42,523 nucleotides of DNA from the NCBI GenBank assembly GCA_050292865.1, contig JBNKMC010000001.1:1-42523 (forward strand). The letters are read 5' to 3'. Position numbers and translations under genes: made by a program. Numbering within the stretch: position 1 is the first letter of the stretch; the number at the start of each line of letters is the position of its first letter. Below are positions 33,253 to 42,502 of this stretch, one piece after another. The notes beneath the pieces were generated by a model. It searched no databases, was not told the DNA's origin, and was given only the letters and a program-made list of their open reading frames with translations. This stretch comes from Minisyncoccia bacterium (GTDB lineage: Bacteria > Patescibacteriota > Minisyncoccia > Phycocordibacterales > UBA918).

Positions 33253-34320
33253 ATGAACGAAGAGCTTTACACAAACGAAGAAATGATAGGGCCAGCCGAA
33301 GAAACGGTCGCTGTTACTGTCATGGGGGACACAGAAGAAGACTCGGTAAAAAACGCCGGCGTACCAGTGCGTCAGCAATTAATTCTGGTAGCAAGCCTCC
33401 TAATACTCATCTTTGGTACAGCGGTGGTACCAAAGACTGTTGCTTTACTCAAAAAACCAGACCCTCAACCAGTTGTTAAAATAGAACCTAAAGAAACCCC
33501 AGTCAAAAAGACAGAAATCAATAACAAAACTTTCTCTGACATAAACCTAGTGGGGGAGGCAGCCTTTGTCTGGGACGTTAATGCTGGCAAAGCTCTCTAT
33601 CAAAAGAACGAGACAGAAAAGCTCCCGCTGGCTTCCGTCACCAAACTCATGACCGCACTTCTGTCCGACGAAATAATGACCAGCCAATCTTCAGTCACAG
33701 TAAGCAACGCTGCGCTTAGTCAATCTGGAGATAGCGGTCTTTTGCGCGACGAAGTCTTTAAGCGCCAAACACTAAGTGATTTAACTCTCATGTCATCATC
33801 CAACGACGGAGCCTTCGCCTTAGCTATCGCTGCTGGTGAAAAGCTACGCAGTGGCGACGGCGCCAATGCCTTCGTCCAAGCCATGAACGTACGCGCCAGA
33901 GAACTTGGTTTAAACGACACCACTTACTACAACCCAACCGGTCTCGATGTCTCAGCAGAGCAAGCTGGCGCCTATGGTACCGCCAAAGACATGGCCATAC
34001 TCATGCAATACATCATAGAACACAACCCTGACATTCTTGCTTACACAAGAGAAGATTCGGCCCATATCTATGACGAACTAGGCAATTATCATCAAGCCAG
34101 CAATACCAATTACTATGTAGACCAGATACCAGGCATCATCGGCTCAAAGACTGGTTACACAGACTTAGCTGGCGGCAACCTAGTGGTTGCTTATGATGCT
34201 GGGCTCAATCATCCAGTAATAGTGGCAGTCCTCGGCTCTACTCAAAACGACCGCTTCACCGATGTTATGCAACTCATAGAAGCCAGCAACAATTATTTGG
34301 CCGACGAGCAGAAAAATTAA
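33253..34320 (+). CDS. Serine-type D-Ala-D-Ala carboxypeptidase (S11, PBP5-like), membrane anchored
   Basis: SxxK (ASVTK), SxN (SSND) and KTG (KTGYT) motifs, plus an N-terminal TM helix. Confidence 0.85.
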   Translation: MNEELYTNEEMIGPAEETVAVTVMGDTEEDSVKNAGVPVRQQLILVASLLILIFGTAVVPKTVALLKKPDPQPVVKIEPKETPVKKTEINNKTFSDINLVGEAAFVWDVNAGKALYQKNETEKLPLASVTKLMTALLSDEIMTSQSSVTVSNAALSQSGDSGLLRDEVFKRQTLSDLTLMSSSNDGAFALAIAAGEKLRSGDGANAFVQAMNVRARELGLNDTTYYNPTGLDVSAEQAGAYGTAKDMAILMQYIIEHNPDILAYTREDSAHIYDELGNYHQASNTNYYVDQIPGIIGSKTGYTDLAGGNLVVAYDAGLNHPVIVAVLGSTQNDRFTDVMQLIEASNNYLADEQKN

Positions 34321-34338
34321 AAGCCTAAACAATACACC

Positions 34339-35397
34339 ATGCACGACCCAATCATTAAAGTTTTAATACCAGCCACACTTGCCTTTGTTATCGGCATTTT
34401 AATCACACCTCTACTTACTCATTTTCTATACAAATACAAAGTCTGGAAAAAGGTCGGAGGTAAGACAGCTATGCTCGGGCGGATAGCCACTGAGTTTAAT
34501 AAGCTTAAGGGGGCAGGGGAGACTAAAACTCCTCGTATGGGTGGCATTGTTATTTGGGGCAGTGTACTCATTACCACTTGTTTACTTTTTGCTCTAAGCA
34601 GAATCTTCCCACACTCTATCTTTGGTGAACTCAATCTCCTCAGTCGTTCACAGACTGTTATACCGATAGCTACTCTTATGCTGGGGGCGGGCGTTGGCTT
34701 TTTAAACGACTTATTCGATGTGGTTCATGGCGGGAAAGGCATGCGACTTCGCACTCGTCTTATATTCGTCTCTCTCTTATCATTAGTTATCGGCTGGTGG
34801 TTTTATAGCAAACTAGGAATAACTGAAATCAGCATTCCTTTTGATGGAACCCTGTACATCGGTATCCTTATCATTCCGTTCTTTATTCTTCTAACCAATT
34901 TCTTCTACGCCAGTGGTGTGATAGACGGTATCGACGGACTTTCTGGAGGAGTATTCGCCTCTATCTTCACTGCCTATGCCGGCGTCGCTATCATTCAGTC
35001 ACAGTATGACATCGCCGCTCTTTGCGCCGCAATCTCTGGCGGTATTTTGGCTTTCTTGTGGTTTAACATTCCACCTGCGCGTTTCTGGATGACAGAGACT
35101 GGTTCGATGGCTCTCACTCTCACACTATCGGTTATTGCTGTGCTTACAGACACCCTGGGTGAAGGTAACGGAATCTCGCTGCTGTTGATAATAGCTCTAC
35201 CGCTTTGGATGACAGTACTATCCAATATAATCCAAATCAGTTATCGCCTGGCCACTGGTCGTAAGTTTTTCCGTATTGCGCCACTACATCATCACTTCGA
35301 AGCTATTGGTTGGCCCTCACACAAGGTAACTATGCGTTATTGGATTATCAGCATTATTTGCGCCTTTTTAGGTATCATCTTTGCCGCTGTTGTCTAA
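34339..35397 (+). CDS. mraY: Phospho-N-acetylmuramoyl-pentapeptide transferase
   Basis: KxxTPxMGG (ETKTPRMGG), NxxDGxDGL-like IDGIDGLSGG, and HHHFE motifs. Confidence 0.93.
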   Translation: MHDPIIKVLIPATLAFVIGILITPLLTHFLYKYKVWKKVGGKTAMLGRIATEFNKLKGAGETKTPRMGGIVIWGSVLITTCLLFALSRIFPHSIFGELNLLSRSQTVIPIATLMLGAGVGFLNDLFDVVHGGKGMRLRTRLIFVSLLSLVIGWWFYSKLGITEISIPFDGTLYIGILIIPFFILLTNFFYASGVIDGIDGLSGGVFASIFTAYAGVAIIQSQYDIAALCAAISGGILAFLWFNIPPARFWMTETGSMALTLTLSVIAVLTDTLGEGNGISLLLIIALPLWMTVLSNIIQISYRLATGRKFFRIAPLHHHFEAIGWPSHKVTMRYWIISIICAFLGIIFAAVV

Positions 35398-35406
35398 AGA
35401 TAATTT

Positions 35407-36504
35407 ATGTTGAAGAAACCAGTTGATAGAACTCTACTGACACTGGTCATCATATTGGTGACATTAGGCTTTTTGATATTCTCCTCGGCCTCGCTTGGTT
35501 TGCTAGCCAGAGACGGTGCGCGCTTTTCTTCAGTGGCTTTTAGCCAGTTAGTATTCGGTATTATCTGTGGCGGACTAGGTATGTTCTTCATGAGTCAGGT
35601 CTATTATCGAAACTGGCGAAAATACGCTTTTTACATTTTCGTTTTTACTCTGGCTATGACCTTGCTCGTCTTCACTCCTCTGGGCTTCAGTCACGGTGGC
35701 GCAACCCGCTGGATTAGTATTGGTAGCTTTTCTTTTCAACCCTCCGAGCTACTAAAGATTGGCTACACTATTTATATGGCCACCTGGCTTTCTGGTATAC
35801 ACAAGCACATAGGAACCTTCAAGCACGGCACACTGCCATTTCTTGGCATCACTGGAATTGTCGGTCTGATCATGTTGTTACAACCAGATACAGACACCTT
35901 CATGCTTATTGCAACCGCTGGTCTAGCTATGTTTGTAACAGCGGGCGGTAGCTGGCGCGATGTAGCTGCAATGGCCGCCGTCGGTGTGGTTATGTTGCTT
36001 ATTTTGGCCATTACCAGACCATATATCATGGACCGCTTCACCACCTTCCTCCACCCCCTCGATGACCCACAAGGTAGTGGTTACCAGATTAAGCAGTCTC
36101 TCATCGCCATCGGTTCTGGAGGATTTACTGGTCGTGGCTTTGGTCAAAGCATCCAAAAATTTGAATACTTACCAGAACCAATCGGCGACTCGGTCTTTGC
36201 TGTATACGCTGAGGAATTCGGATTTATCGGTACCAGTCTGCTGATATTACTACTTTCTTTCTTTACCTTCCGTGGATACAAGATTGCCTCACATGCCACA
36301 GACATGTTCGGCATGCTTCTGGTAGTGGGTTTTATGACCATCATCGTACTGCAGTCATTTCTCAATATTTCCGCCATGGTCGCCATTGCGCCATTGATGG
36401 GTCTGCCACTACCTTTTATTAGTCATGGAGGAACAGCTTTGTTGGTAACATTGCTGACGGTGGGAATTGTCTTAAATGTCTCTCGTTACCAGAAGAAAGT
36501 TTAA
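35407..36504 (+). CDS. ftsW: SEDS-family peptidoglycan polymerase FtsW/RodA
   Basis: Ten-TM SEDS pattern: QPSELLK, GQS.QK...LPE..TD.VFA, and PFISHGG(T) near the C-terminus. Confidence 0.88.
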   Translation: MLKKPVDRTLLTLVIILVTLGFLIFSSASLGLLARDGARFSSVAFSQLVFGIICGGLGMFFMSQVYYRNWRKYAFYIFVFTLAMTLLVFTPLGFSHGGATRWISIGSFSFQPSELLKIGYTIYMATWLSGIHKHIGTFKHGTLPFLGITGIVGLIMLLQPDTDTFMLIATAGLAMFVTAGGSWRDVAAMAAVGVVMLLILAITRPYIMDRFTTFLHPLDDPQGSGYQIKQSLIAIGSGGFTGRGFGQSIQKFEYLPEPIGDSVFAVYAEEFGFIGTSLLILLLSFFTFRGYKIASHATDMFGMLLVVGFMTIIVLQSFLNISAMVAIAPLMGLPLPFISHGGTALLVTLLTVGIVLNVSRYQKKV

Positions 36505-36537
36505 TTTTGCCTACGGGCTGTGTGTTAAAATTATTTT

Positions 36538-37659
36538 ATGAAGAAGATTGTTCTAACTGGTGGTGGTAGTGGCGGGCATTTCTACCCGCTTATTGCCGTA
36601 GCTGAAGAATTACAGAAATACAACCTCACCAGCGAGGAGTTTAAACTCTTTTATCTTGGTCCAGACCCGTACAATCAGGAAGCTCTGGATAAAAACAAAA
36701 TCAAATTTGTTAAAGTCCCGTCTGGCAAGAAGACAAAGTACTTTTCTCTAGGAAATATTTTTACTCCCTTGAAAGTCATTTGGGGGACCATGGTGGCAAT
36801 CAAAAAACTCTATTTTATTTATCCTGATGTTGTGTTCAGCAAAGGCAGCTACACCAGCTTGCCGGTGGTATTGGCAGCTGCTTTCCTACGTATACCAATA
36901 GTCATTCACGAATCAGACACCAAGGCTGGTACTGCCAACAAAATAGCCGCTCGCTTCGCAAGATATATTGCCATTGCATATAGTGACGCGGCGCCGTTTT
37001 TTCCTTCGGAAAAAACGGCGCTCATCGGCATCCCGCTTCGCAAAGCTGTCCAGGTAAGGCCAGCAAAACCCGCCACCACTCTAGGCCTACCAACAGACAA
37101 ACCAATTATCTTTGTTACTGGCGGATCACTGGGCGCAGAACGCATTAACGACCTGGTGTTAAACTCACTCAACGAACTTCTTCCTCACTACACAATAGTG
37201 CACCAAGCAGGTGACACTAATGCAGAAAAGGTAGAACAGGCAGCCGCCACACTTATCGCGGACGGACAGCTATTAAGTCACTACTTCGTGCGTGGTCACT
37301 TAACCGGTGAAGAAATGGGATTGGCACAAGCGGCCGCGTCTATCATCATTTCCCGCGCTGGTTCAACCTCCATCTTTGAAATTGCCGAAGAAGGCAAGCC
37401 TTCTATCATCATCCCGATTCCTGAGAAAATTAGTCACGACCAACGCACCAACGCCTATGCCTATGCCCGCAGTGGAGCTGCACAAGTGATAGAAGAACAC
37501 AACCTAACAGACCATTTGCTCTTTGCAGAAATTAACCGTATTATGTCCAACCAAGAGCTTTACACAAAGATGAGTGTGGCTGCAACCACTTTCGCCAAGC
37601 CAAAAGCGGCCGAAAAAGTCGCCAAAATACTCATTGATATTGCCGCTGAACACAAATAA
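36538..37659 (+). CDS. murG: UDP-N-acetylglucosamine--N-acetylmuramyl-(pentapeptide) pyrophosphoryl-undecaprenol N-acetylglucosamine transferase
   Basis: GGSGGH N-terminal G-loop, VTGGSLGA, and SRAG..S..E motifs. Confidence 0.92.
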   Translation: MKKIVLTGGGSGGHFYPLIAVAEELQKYNLTSEEFKLFYLGPDPYNQEALDKNKIKFVKVPSGKKTKYFSLGNIFTPLKVIWGTMVAIKKLYFIYPDVVFSKGSYTSLPVVLAAAFLRIPIVIHESDTKAGTANKIAARFARYIAIAYSDAAPFFPSEKTALIGIPLRKAVQVRPAKPATTLGLPTDKPIIFVTGGSLGAERINDLVLNSLNELLPHYTIVHQAGDTNAEKVEQAAATLIADGQLLSHYFVRGHLTGEEMGLAQAAASIIISRAGSTSIFEIAEEGKPSIIIPIPEKISHDQRTNAYAYARSGAAQVIEEHNLTDHLLFAEINRIMSNQELYTKMSVAATTFAKPKAAEKVAKILIDIAAEHK

Positions 37660-37660
37660 T

Positions 37661-39109
37661 ATGAAAAAGATAGTAACAAGATTTGCACCGTCGCCGACTG
37701 GATTTATGCATATTGGAGGTGTGAGAACCGCTCTTTATGCTTGGTTGTTTGCCCGCCAAAATGGCGGCGAATTTATCCTGCGCATTGAGGACACTGATAA
37801 GAACAGGGAAGTGGAGGGTTCAATCGCTCACATCCAAGAGTCTCTAATGTGGCTTGGAATCAACTGGGACTATGGACCTGATAAACCAGGACCATTTGGA
37901 CCCTGCCTGCAATCTGACCGACTTAATATCTATAAGAAGTACGCAGAGCAGTTGGTAGCCAAAGGCCTAGCATACCCTGACCCATACACCACAGAAGAAC
38001 TAGCTGCCTTCCGAGCGGAAGCCGACGCCAAAAAGCTACCATTTCTTTTCCGCAATCATCGTCCGGAAACCTTTGCAGAATGGGACGGTACCAAACCACT
38101 ACGTTTCAAAGTATCAGAAATCAAACGCTCAAACTGGCACGACGTGGTGCGGGGTGACCTTACTGCTGGTGAAGAAATGTTGGACGATTTTATTATCATC
38201 AAAGCTGATGGTTACCCGACCTACAACTTCGCTCACATTATCGACGACCTAGAGATGGGAGTAACCCATGTTATGCGTGGCGAAGAGTTTATTCCTAGTA
38301 CACCAAAGTTTCTTAGTTTGTACGAGGCCTTAGAAATACCTCTACCAGTCTTTGTTACCCTACCTCCCATTATGGGTCCAGATGGCAAGAAGAAACTAAG
38401 CAAGCGCGATGGTGCTAAAGACTTGCTTGAATATCGCAGTGATGGATACCTACCAGAAGCTATGCGCAACTTCCTTGCTCTAATAGGCTGGAATCCAGGC
38501 GGCGACCAGGAACTATTCTTTGATGATGAACTCATCAAGGCTTTCTCCTTAGAGAAAATCCAAAAGTCAGGCGGAGCTTTCAATGAAGAGAAACTGCGCT
38601 GGATGAACAAGCAATACCTAGAAAGAGAATCAGAAGAATTTAAAAACAACTACTTTAAAGAAGCTCTACCAGAAGCAGTTTTAAATCTGCCAGAATACAG
38701 TGACGAGCGCATGCAGAAGCTACAGCCAGTAGCCCTAGAGCGTGTCCACAACCAAACAGAAATACGCGAAGCGGCGGCGGCAGGGGAGTACGACTGGGCT
38801 TTTAGCACACCTCTAGTATCAACAGACCTGCTCAAGTGGAAGAGTGACGACAGCGCGGCAGCTGCGCTGCCGCGCCTCACAAACACCACCACCCTCCTTG
38901 CCAGCGCAGACTTTTCTTCACCAGACACAATCAAAGAAGCTCTTTGGTCGTACGCTGAAGAAGTAGGGAAGGGGGAGTTATTGTGGCCACTTAGAGTCGC
39001 TCTTACCGGCCGGGAACGCTCACCGGATCCATTTACTTGCGCTTACATTTTAGGACCTGAGGAAACCATCAGTCGCATCAACTCGGCCTGTGCTAAAATA
39101 TCAGGATGA
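37661..39109 (+). CDS. gltX: Glutamate--tRNA ligase
   Basis: RFAPSPTGFMHIGG (HIGH-type) and KLSKR (KMSKS-type) motifs. ATG at 37661, right after the murG stop. Confidence 0.93.
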   Translation: MKKIVTRFAPSPTGFMHIGGVRTALYAWLFARQNGGEFILRIEDTDKNREVEGSIAHIQESLMWLGINWDYGPDKPGPFGPCLQSDRLNIYKKYAEQLVAKGLAYPDPYTTEELAAFRAEADAKKLPFLFRNHRPETFAEWDGTKPLRFKVSEIKRSNWHDVVRGDLTAGEEMLDDFIIIKADGYPTYNFAHIIDDLEMGVTHVMRGEEFIPSTPKFLSLYEALEIPLPVFVTLPPIMGPDGKKKLSKRDGAKDLLEYRSDGYLPEAMRNFLALIGWNPGGDQELFFDDELIKAFSLEKIQKSGGAFNEEKLRWMNKQYLERESEEFKNNYFKEALPEAVLNLPEYSDERMQKLQPVALERVHNQTEIREAAAAGEYDWAFSTPLVSTDLLKWKSDDSAAAALPRLTNTTTLLASADFSSPDTIKEALWSYAEEVGKGELLWPLRVALTGRERSPDPFTCAYILGPEETISRINSACAKISG

Positions 39110-40422
39110 TAAATAAACGTAGAGCATACGCGTTTATATTAGGAGTTATAACCTCACTTACAATCTTTGTGGGGGCTAGTTTTGCATCCGCCCAAACCGA
39201 AGTAGAAAAGCTACAAAGTCAAATAGCCGACAAAAACACACGCCTAGCTGAGATAGAAAAAGAAATCAAAAAATACACCTCAGCCCTAAACGAAGTCGGA
39301 GCCGAAAAAGCCACTCTACAAAAAGCTCTCAACCGTCTGGATTTGGAACGTAAAAAAATCCAAGCTGACATTTCTTATACAGAAAACAAAATTGCTGCTA
39401 CTGACCTAACCATCAACAAACTAGGAATTGAAATTGACCGAACAGAAAATAGTATCGGTGAGAGTCAGGCAGCCATCAGCGAAATTGTCCGCAATATACA
39501 GGTGGTAGATGACCAATCTTTAGTGGAAGTGCTATTACGCAACAACAACATCTCTGAATTCTGGAGTGAATTTGAAGCGCTCGAAACAATCAAAACCAGC
39601 ATGTACGACCACATACATGAACTGGCAGATTTGAAGGTTGATCTGGAGGTTAAAAAAGAAGACAACACAGAGCAAAAAGAACAACTAGAAAGTCTACACT
39701 CTCAATACTCAGACCAGAGCACTATTCTCAGAGGTAGTATCAACGAGAAGGCCGAGCTACTTGATACAACCAAGAGTAAGGAAGCTAACTATCAGGCTTT
39801 GCTGGCCCAAAAAGAAGCTGCTCGTAAACAACTACAACAAGAGGTTCAAGATATCGAATCACAACTGCAATTTATCCTTGACCCAAACACCATTCCAACC
39901 GCCGGTTCAGCTGTTCTTAATTGGCCGATCAGCAACCCGATTATTACCCAGTACTTTGGTTATACAAAGTTTGCTCTTTCTGGTGCCTACAACGGCAGTA
40001 AGCACAACGGTATCGACCTTGGCACACCAGTTGGAACACAACTGCACGTGCCACTATCTGGCACTATCCGCAATACTGGTAACACCGACTCAGTGCCAGG
40101 TTGTTATTCATGGGGTAAGTGGATTCTGGTTGATCACCCTAATGGTCTTTCTTCACTATTCGCTCACTTGAGTCAGATTTCCGTAACTCCCGGCCAAAAG
40201 GTAAATACCGGAGACATCATCGGCTACACAGGAAACACTGGTTACTCAACCGGCCCACACCTACACTACACTCTGTATGTTAAAGACGCCGTACAGGTAA
40301 AACAATTCAACCAATTCAAAGCCGTTACTGGCTGTGGTGCGGCACTTTCTCCATTTGCTGCTGTAGAAGGTTACCTCAATCCTCTCGATTACTTACCAAC
40401 CACTGGATATAGATCTTTGTAG
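39106..40422 (+). CDS. M23-family peptidase with an N-terminal signal/TM segment and long coiled coil (EnvC-like architecture)
   Basis: HNGIDL and GNTGYSTGPHLHY LytM-domain motifs. The start overlaps the gltX stop (ATGA). Confidence 0.87.
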   Translation: MINKRRAYAFILGVITSLTIFVGASFASAQTEVEKLQSQIADKNTRLAEIEKEIKKYTSALNEVGAEKATLQKALNRLDLERKKIQADISYTENKIAATDLTINKLGIEIDRTENSIGESQAAISEIVRNIQVVDDQSLVEVLLRNNNISEFWSEFEALETIKTSMYDHIHELADLKVDLEVKKEDNTEQKEQLESLHSQYSDQSTILRGSINEKAELLDTTKSKEANYQALLAQKEAARKQLQQEVQDIESQLQFILDPNTIPTAGSAVLNWPISNPIITQYFGYTKFALSGAYNGSKHNGIDLGTPVGTQLHVPLSGTIRNTGNTDSVPGCYSWGKWILVDHPNGLSSLFAHLSQISVTPGQKVNTGDIIGYTGNTGYSTGPHLHYTLYVKDAVQVKQFNQFKAVTGCGAALSPFAAVEGYLNPLDYLPTTGYRSL

Positions 40423-40513
40423 AAGTTTTTAGTTGTACACACACAAAGGCTAGGAGGGGAGACAGACCGTACCAATAACTGCTATTATGAATATGCGAGC
40501 GATGCTCGTAGGA

Positions 40514-40575
40514 ACTTACCCGGTTCTAAGCTCCGCGCTTGCGCGGGGCTTAGGGGCTGGTAAGTTTTTTCTTTT
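40514..40575 (+). terminator. Strong plus-strand intrinsic terminator about 90 nt downstream of the M23 gene
   Basis: ACTTACC...TTCTAAGCTCCGCGC TT GCGCGGGGCTTAGG...GGTAAGT, with several G-U pairs valid only on the plus strand, then TTTTTTCTTTTC. Confidence 0.75.
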
Positions 40576-40821
40576 CTCTGCTGAATTTATTCTAAATTAT
40601 TTAGTTCGCACAATATATCGTTTTAAAGAGACAGGAGGGAAGTGGGGAGGGTGATTTTACTCTTACCTTTCTTTTTCGTAAAAGTCGAACGCGGCTTCAG
40701 GCAATCTACTGAGCAGCTGCACTGGTCTGATTGTTAGAACTTAATAAATAAAATCTACCAACAAAATAACTAAGGCAAAAATATAATTTTAAAATTTGTT
40801 TTAACTTTTACATTTTATTTT

Positions 40822-40830
40822 TTATCCACC
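40822..40830 (+). other. DnaA-box-like 9-mer TTATCCACC (one mismatch to TTATCCACA) next to a very AT-rich tract
   Basis: Direct reading. Confidence 0.3.
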
Positions 40831-41200
40831 GAAAGTCATGGCCTCGACTTAGACAGAAGACTTGTACCTAGCAAAGTCCGTGACGTTCAGTGTAGCATTA
40901 CCATCGACTACTGATACCTCTTTTAATCTTTAAAAGCCTTAGAAGCCAATTTTGAGCCTCGTTTTAGAGGAAAAAAAGGCTCTGTGAGCAAAATTCATGA
41001 TACCTGGATAAGGCCCAGGAAAAGTAAAATTTTAAAAGGAAAAAGTTAAAACTTAAGTAAACTTGGATATTATTTAAAAACAAGTTTATTCAATGATACT
41101 AGTGCAGGATTGAAAGACTTATAAAAATGATATGCAAATACCAGTATACGGGCTTATGTATATACAATCCTGTATAAAGCTATTTTAGCTTATTATCTTA

Positions 41201-41209
41201 TGTGGATAA
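41201..41209 (-). other. Perfect DnaA-box 9-mer (TGTGGATAA, the reverse complement of TTATCCACA)
   Basis: Direct reading. Embedded in the small palindrome CTTAT GTGG ATAAG. Confidence 0.3.
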
Positions 41210-41250
41210 GACGTTTTACATATATTGTGCGAATAAGTATACTATGAATT

Positions 41251-41272
41251 GTAGGGGCTCGAAAGCCCCTAC
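41251..41272 (-). terminator. Hairpin downstream of the 58-aa minus-strand ORF
   Basis: GTAGGGGCT CGAA AGCCCCTAC, 9-bp stem. No clear U-tract. Confidence 0.45.
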
Positions 41273-41290
41273 CCGATGAGTAGTAACCAG

Positions 41291-41467
41291 TCAGCCGAAG
41301 CCGATTGTGCGAGCAATGCTGGCAAAAAACGCCAGCACTCTTTCTGCCAGACTCAGGCTCACCTCCCTCGCCAACTTCTCCTGATTCATATCAGGGACAA
41401 GATTGCGATACTGAGGCAGTTGACCTGGCTCAGGTCGACCCTCTCCATGACTAGATTTCTCGAACAT
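41291..41467 (-). CDS. Candidate 58-aa protein divergent from the recombinase gene
   Basis: Translated by hand as MFEKSSHGEGRPEPGQLPQYRNLVPDMNQEKLAREVSLSLAERVLAFFASIARTIGFG. Strong SD GGAGGTGA 7 nt upstream. A hairpin lies downstream. Below the track cutoff. Confidence 0.45.
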   Translation of the reverse strand: MFEKSSHGEGRPEPGQLPQYRNLVPDMNQEKLAREVSLSLAERVLAFFASIARTIGFG

Positions 41468-41530
41468 TGTCTCACCTCCCCTTTCTGTGGGTTACAGGTT
41501 AAAATTAAGTATTCTAATATTGATTATAGT

Positions 41531-42502
41531 ATGGCTCTACGCAAAAGCAATGACCCAATTAAAGACCATATCCTGCCTTTCCTCGATTATTGTGAAATCG
41601 AGAAAGGTCTTTCTAGTAACACCCAGCGCAACTATCAACAATATTTGAACCTATTTGTTAAATGGCTTAACGAGGTTGATAAATCAAATATGAAACCGCA
41701 CGAGCTAACAGCCGATCATATTTGGGATTATCGACTCTTTATCGCCCGCAAGTACAAGACACCGCGCGGTGAGTACCTTAGTAAAAAGTCACAGAACTAT
41801 TATCTGATTGCTCTACGTGCCCTACTCAACTACTTGGCCGAGCGAGATTACGAAACATTACCTTCTTCTAAGATAAAATTAGCCAAACAAAAATCAGAAG
41901 AGACTGTAACCTTCCTTGATGTTCACGATATCGAGGCAATGATTAAGATTCCAGACATTGCTACACCGTCTGGTCTGCGTGACCGTGCCATTATGGAGTT
42001 ATTCTTTTCTTCAGGTATGCGTATTTCTGAACTAACATCTCTCGATGTCGACCAGTTCACAATGCTAAAAGACAACGACAAAAAACGCACCTACGAACTT
42101 TCTATCGTTGGTAAAGGCAAGCATATTAGAACTATTTTTATATCCCCTCGTGCCGCTGGCTGGCTACGAGAATACTTAAAGGAGCGACGAGATGTAGAGA
42201 AGCCGCTGTTTATTAACTATCGTTCACGTAACCAGGAAGACAAGCGACTGACTCCGCGCTCCATCCAAAAGATGATATCTAGAACCGCCATCATGGCTGG
42301 CCTCTCGAAAAAAGTCACTCCGCATACCCTGCGTCACACTTACGCCACTGACCTACTGGATCATGGTGCAGACCTCCGTAGCGTTCAGGAATTATTGGGA
42401 CACCAAAATGTTGCCACTACTCAGATTTATACTCACGTTACTAATAAGCGACTGCGAGATATTCATGAGAAGTTCCATGGCGGCAAAAATATGAAAAAGT
42501 GA
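41531..42502 (+). CDS. Tyrosine site-specific recombinase, XerC/XerD-like
   Basis: N-terminal SAM-like domain (FLDYCEIEKGLSSNTQRNY). Catalytic residues are in RDRAIMELFFSSGMRISEL, HTLRHTYATDLL and LGHQNVATTQIYTHV. ATG at 41531. Confidence 0.88.
   Translation: MALRKSNDPIKDHILPFLDYCEIEKGLSSNTQRNYQQYLNLFVKWLNEVDKSNMKPHELTADHIWDYRLFIARKYKTPRGEYLSKKSQNYYLIALRALLNYLAERDYETLPSSKIKLAKQKSEETVTFLDVHDIEAMIKIPDIATPSGLRDRAIMELFFSSGMRISELTSLDVDQFTMLKDNDKKRTYELSIVGKGKHIRTIFISPRAAGWLREYLKERRDVEKPLFINYRSRNQEDKRLTPRSIQKMISRTAIMAGLSKKVTPHTLRHTYATDLLDHGADLRSVQELLGHQNVATTQIYTHVTNKRLRDIHEKFHGGKNMKK

Noticed and set aside
40487-40654. 55-aa plus-strand ORF (MNMRAMLVGTYPVLSSALARGLGAGKFF...)
   Set aside because: It reads straight through the strong terminator hairpin and its T-run. 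The nearest SD-like motif is about 27 nt upstream, which is too far.
40735-41215. Replication origin (oriC), suggested by an AT-rich tract plus DnaA boxes
   Set aside because: There are only one perfect and one single-mismatch DnaA box; the other candidates have two or more mismatches. No dnaA or dnaN is nearby. Genes on both sides run in the same direction, so there is no divergence of gene orientation as expected at an origin. I kept it only as one option for the unexplained region. A GC-skew analysis of the whole contig would decide.
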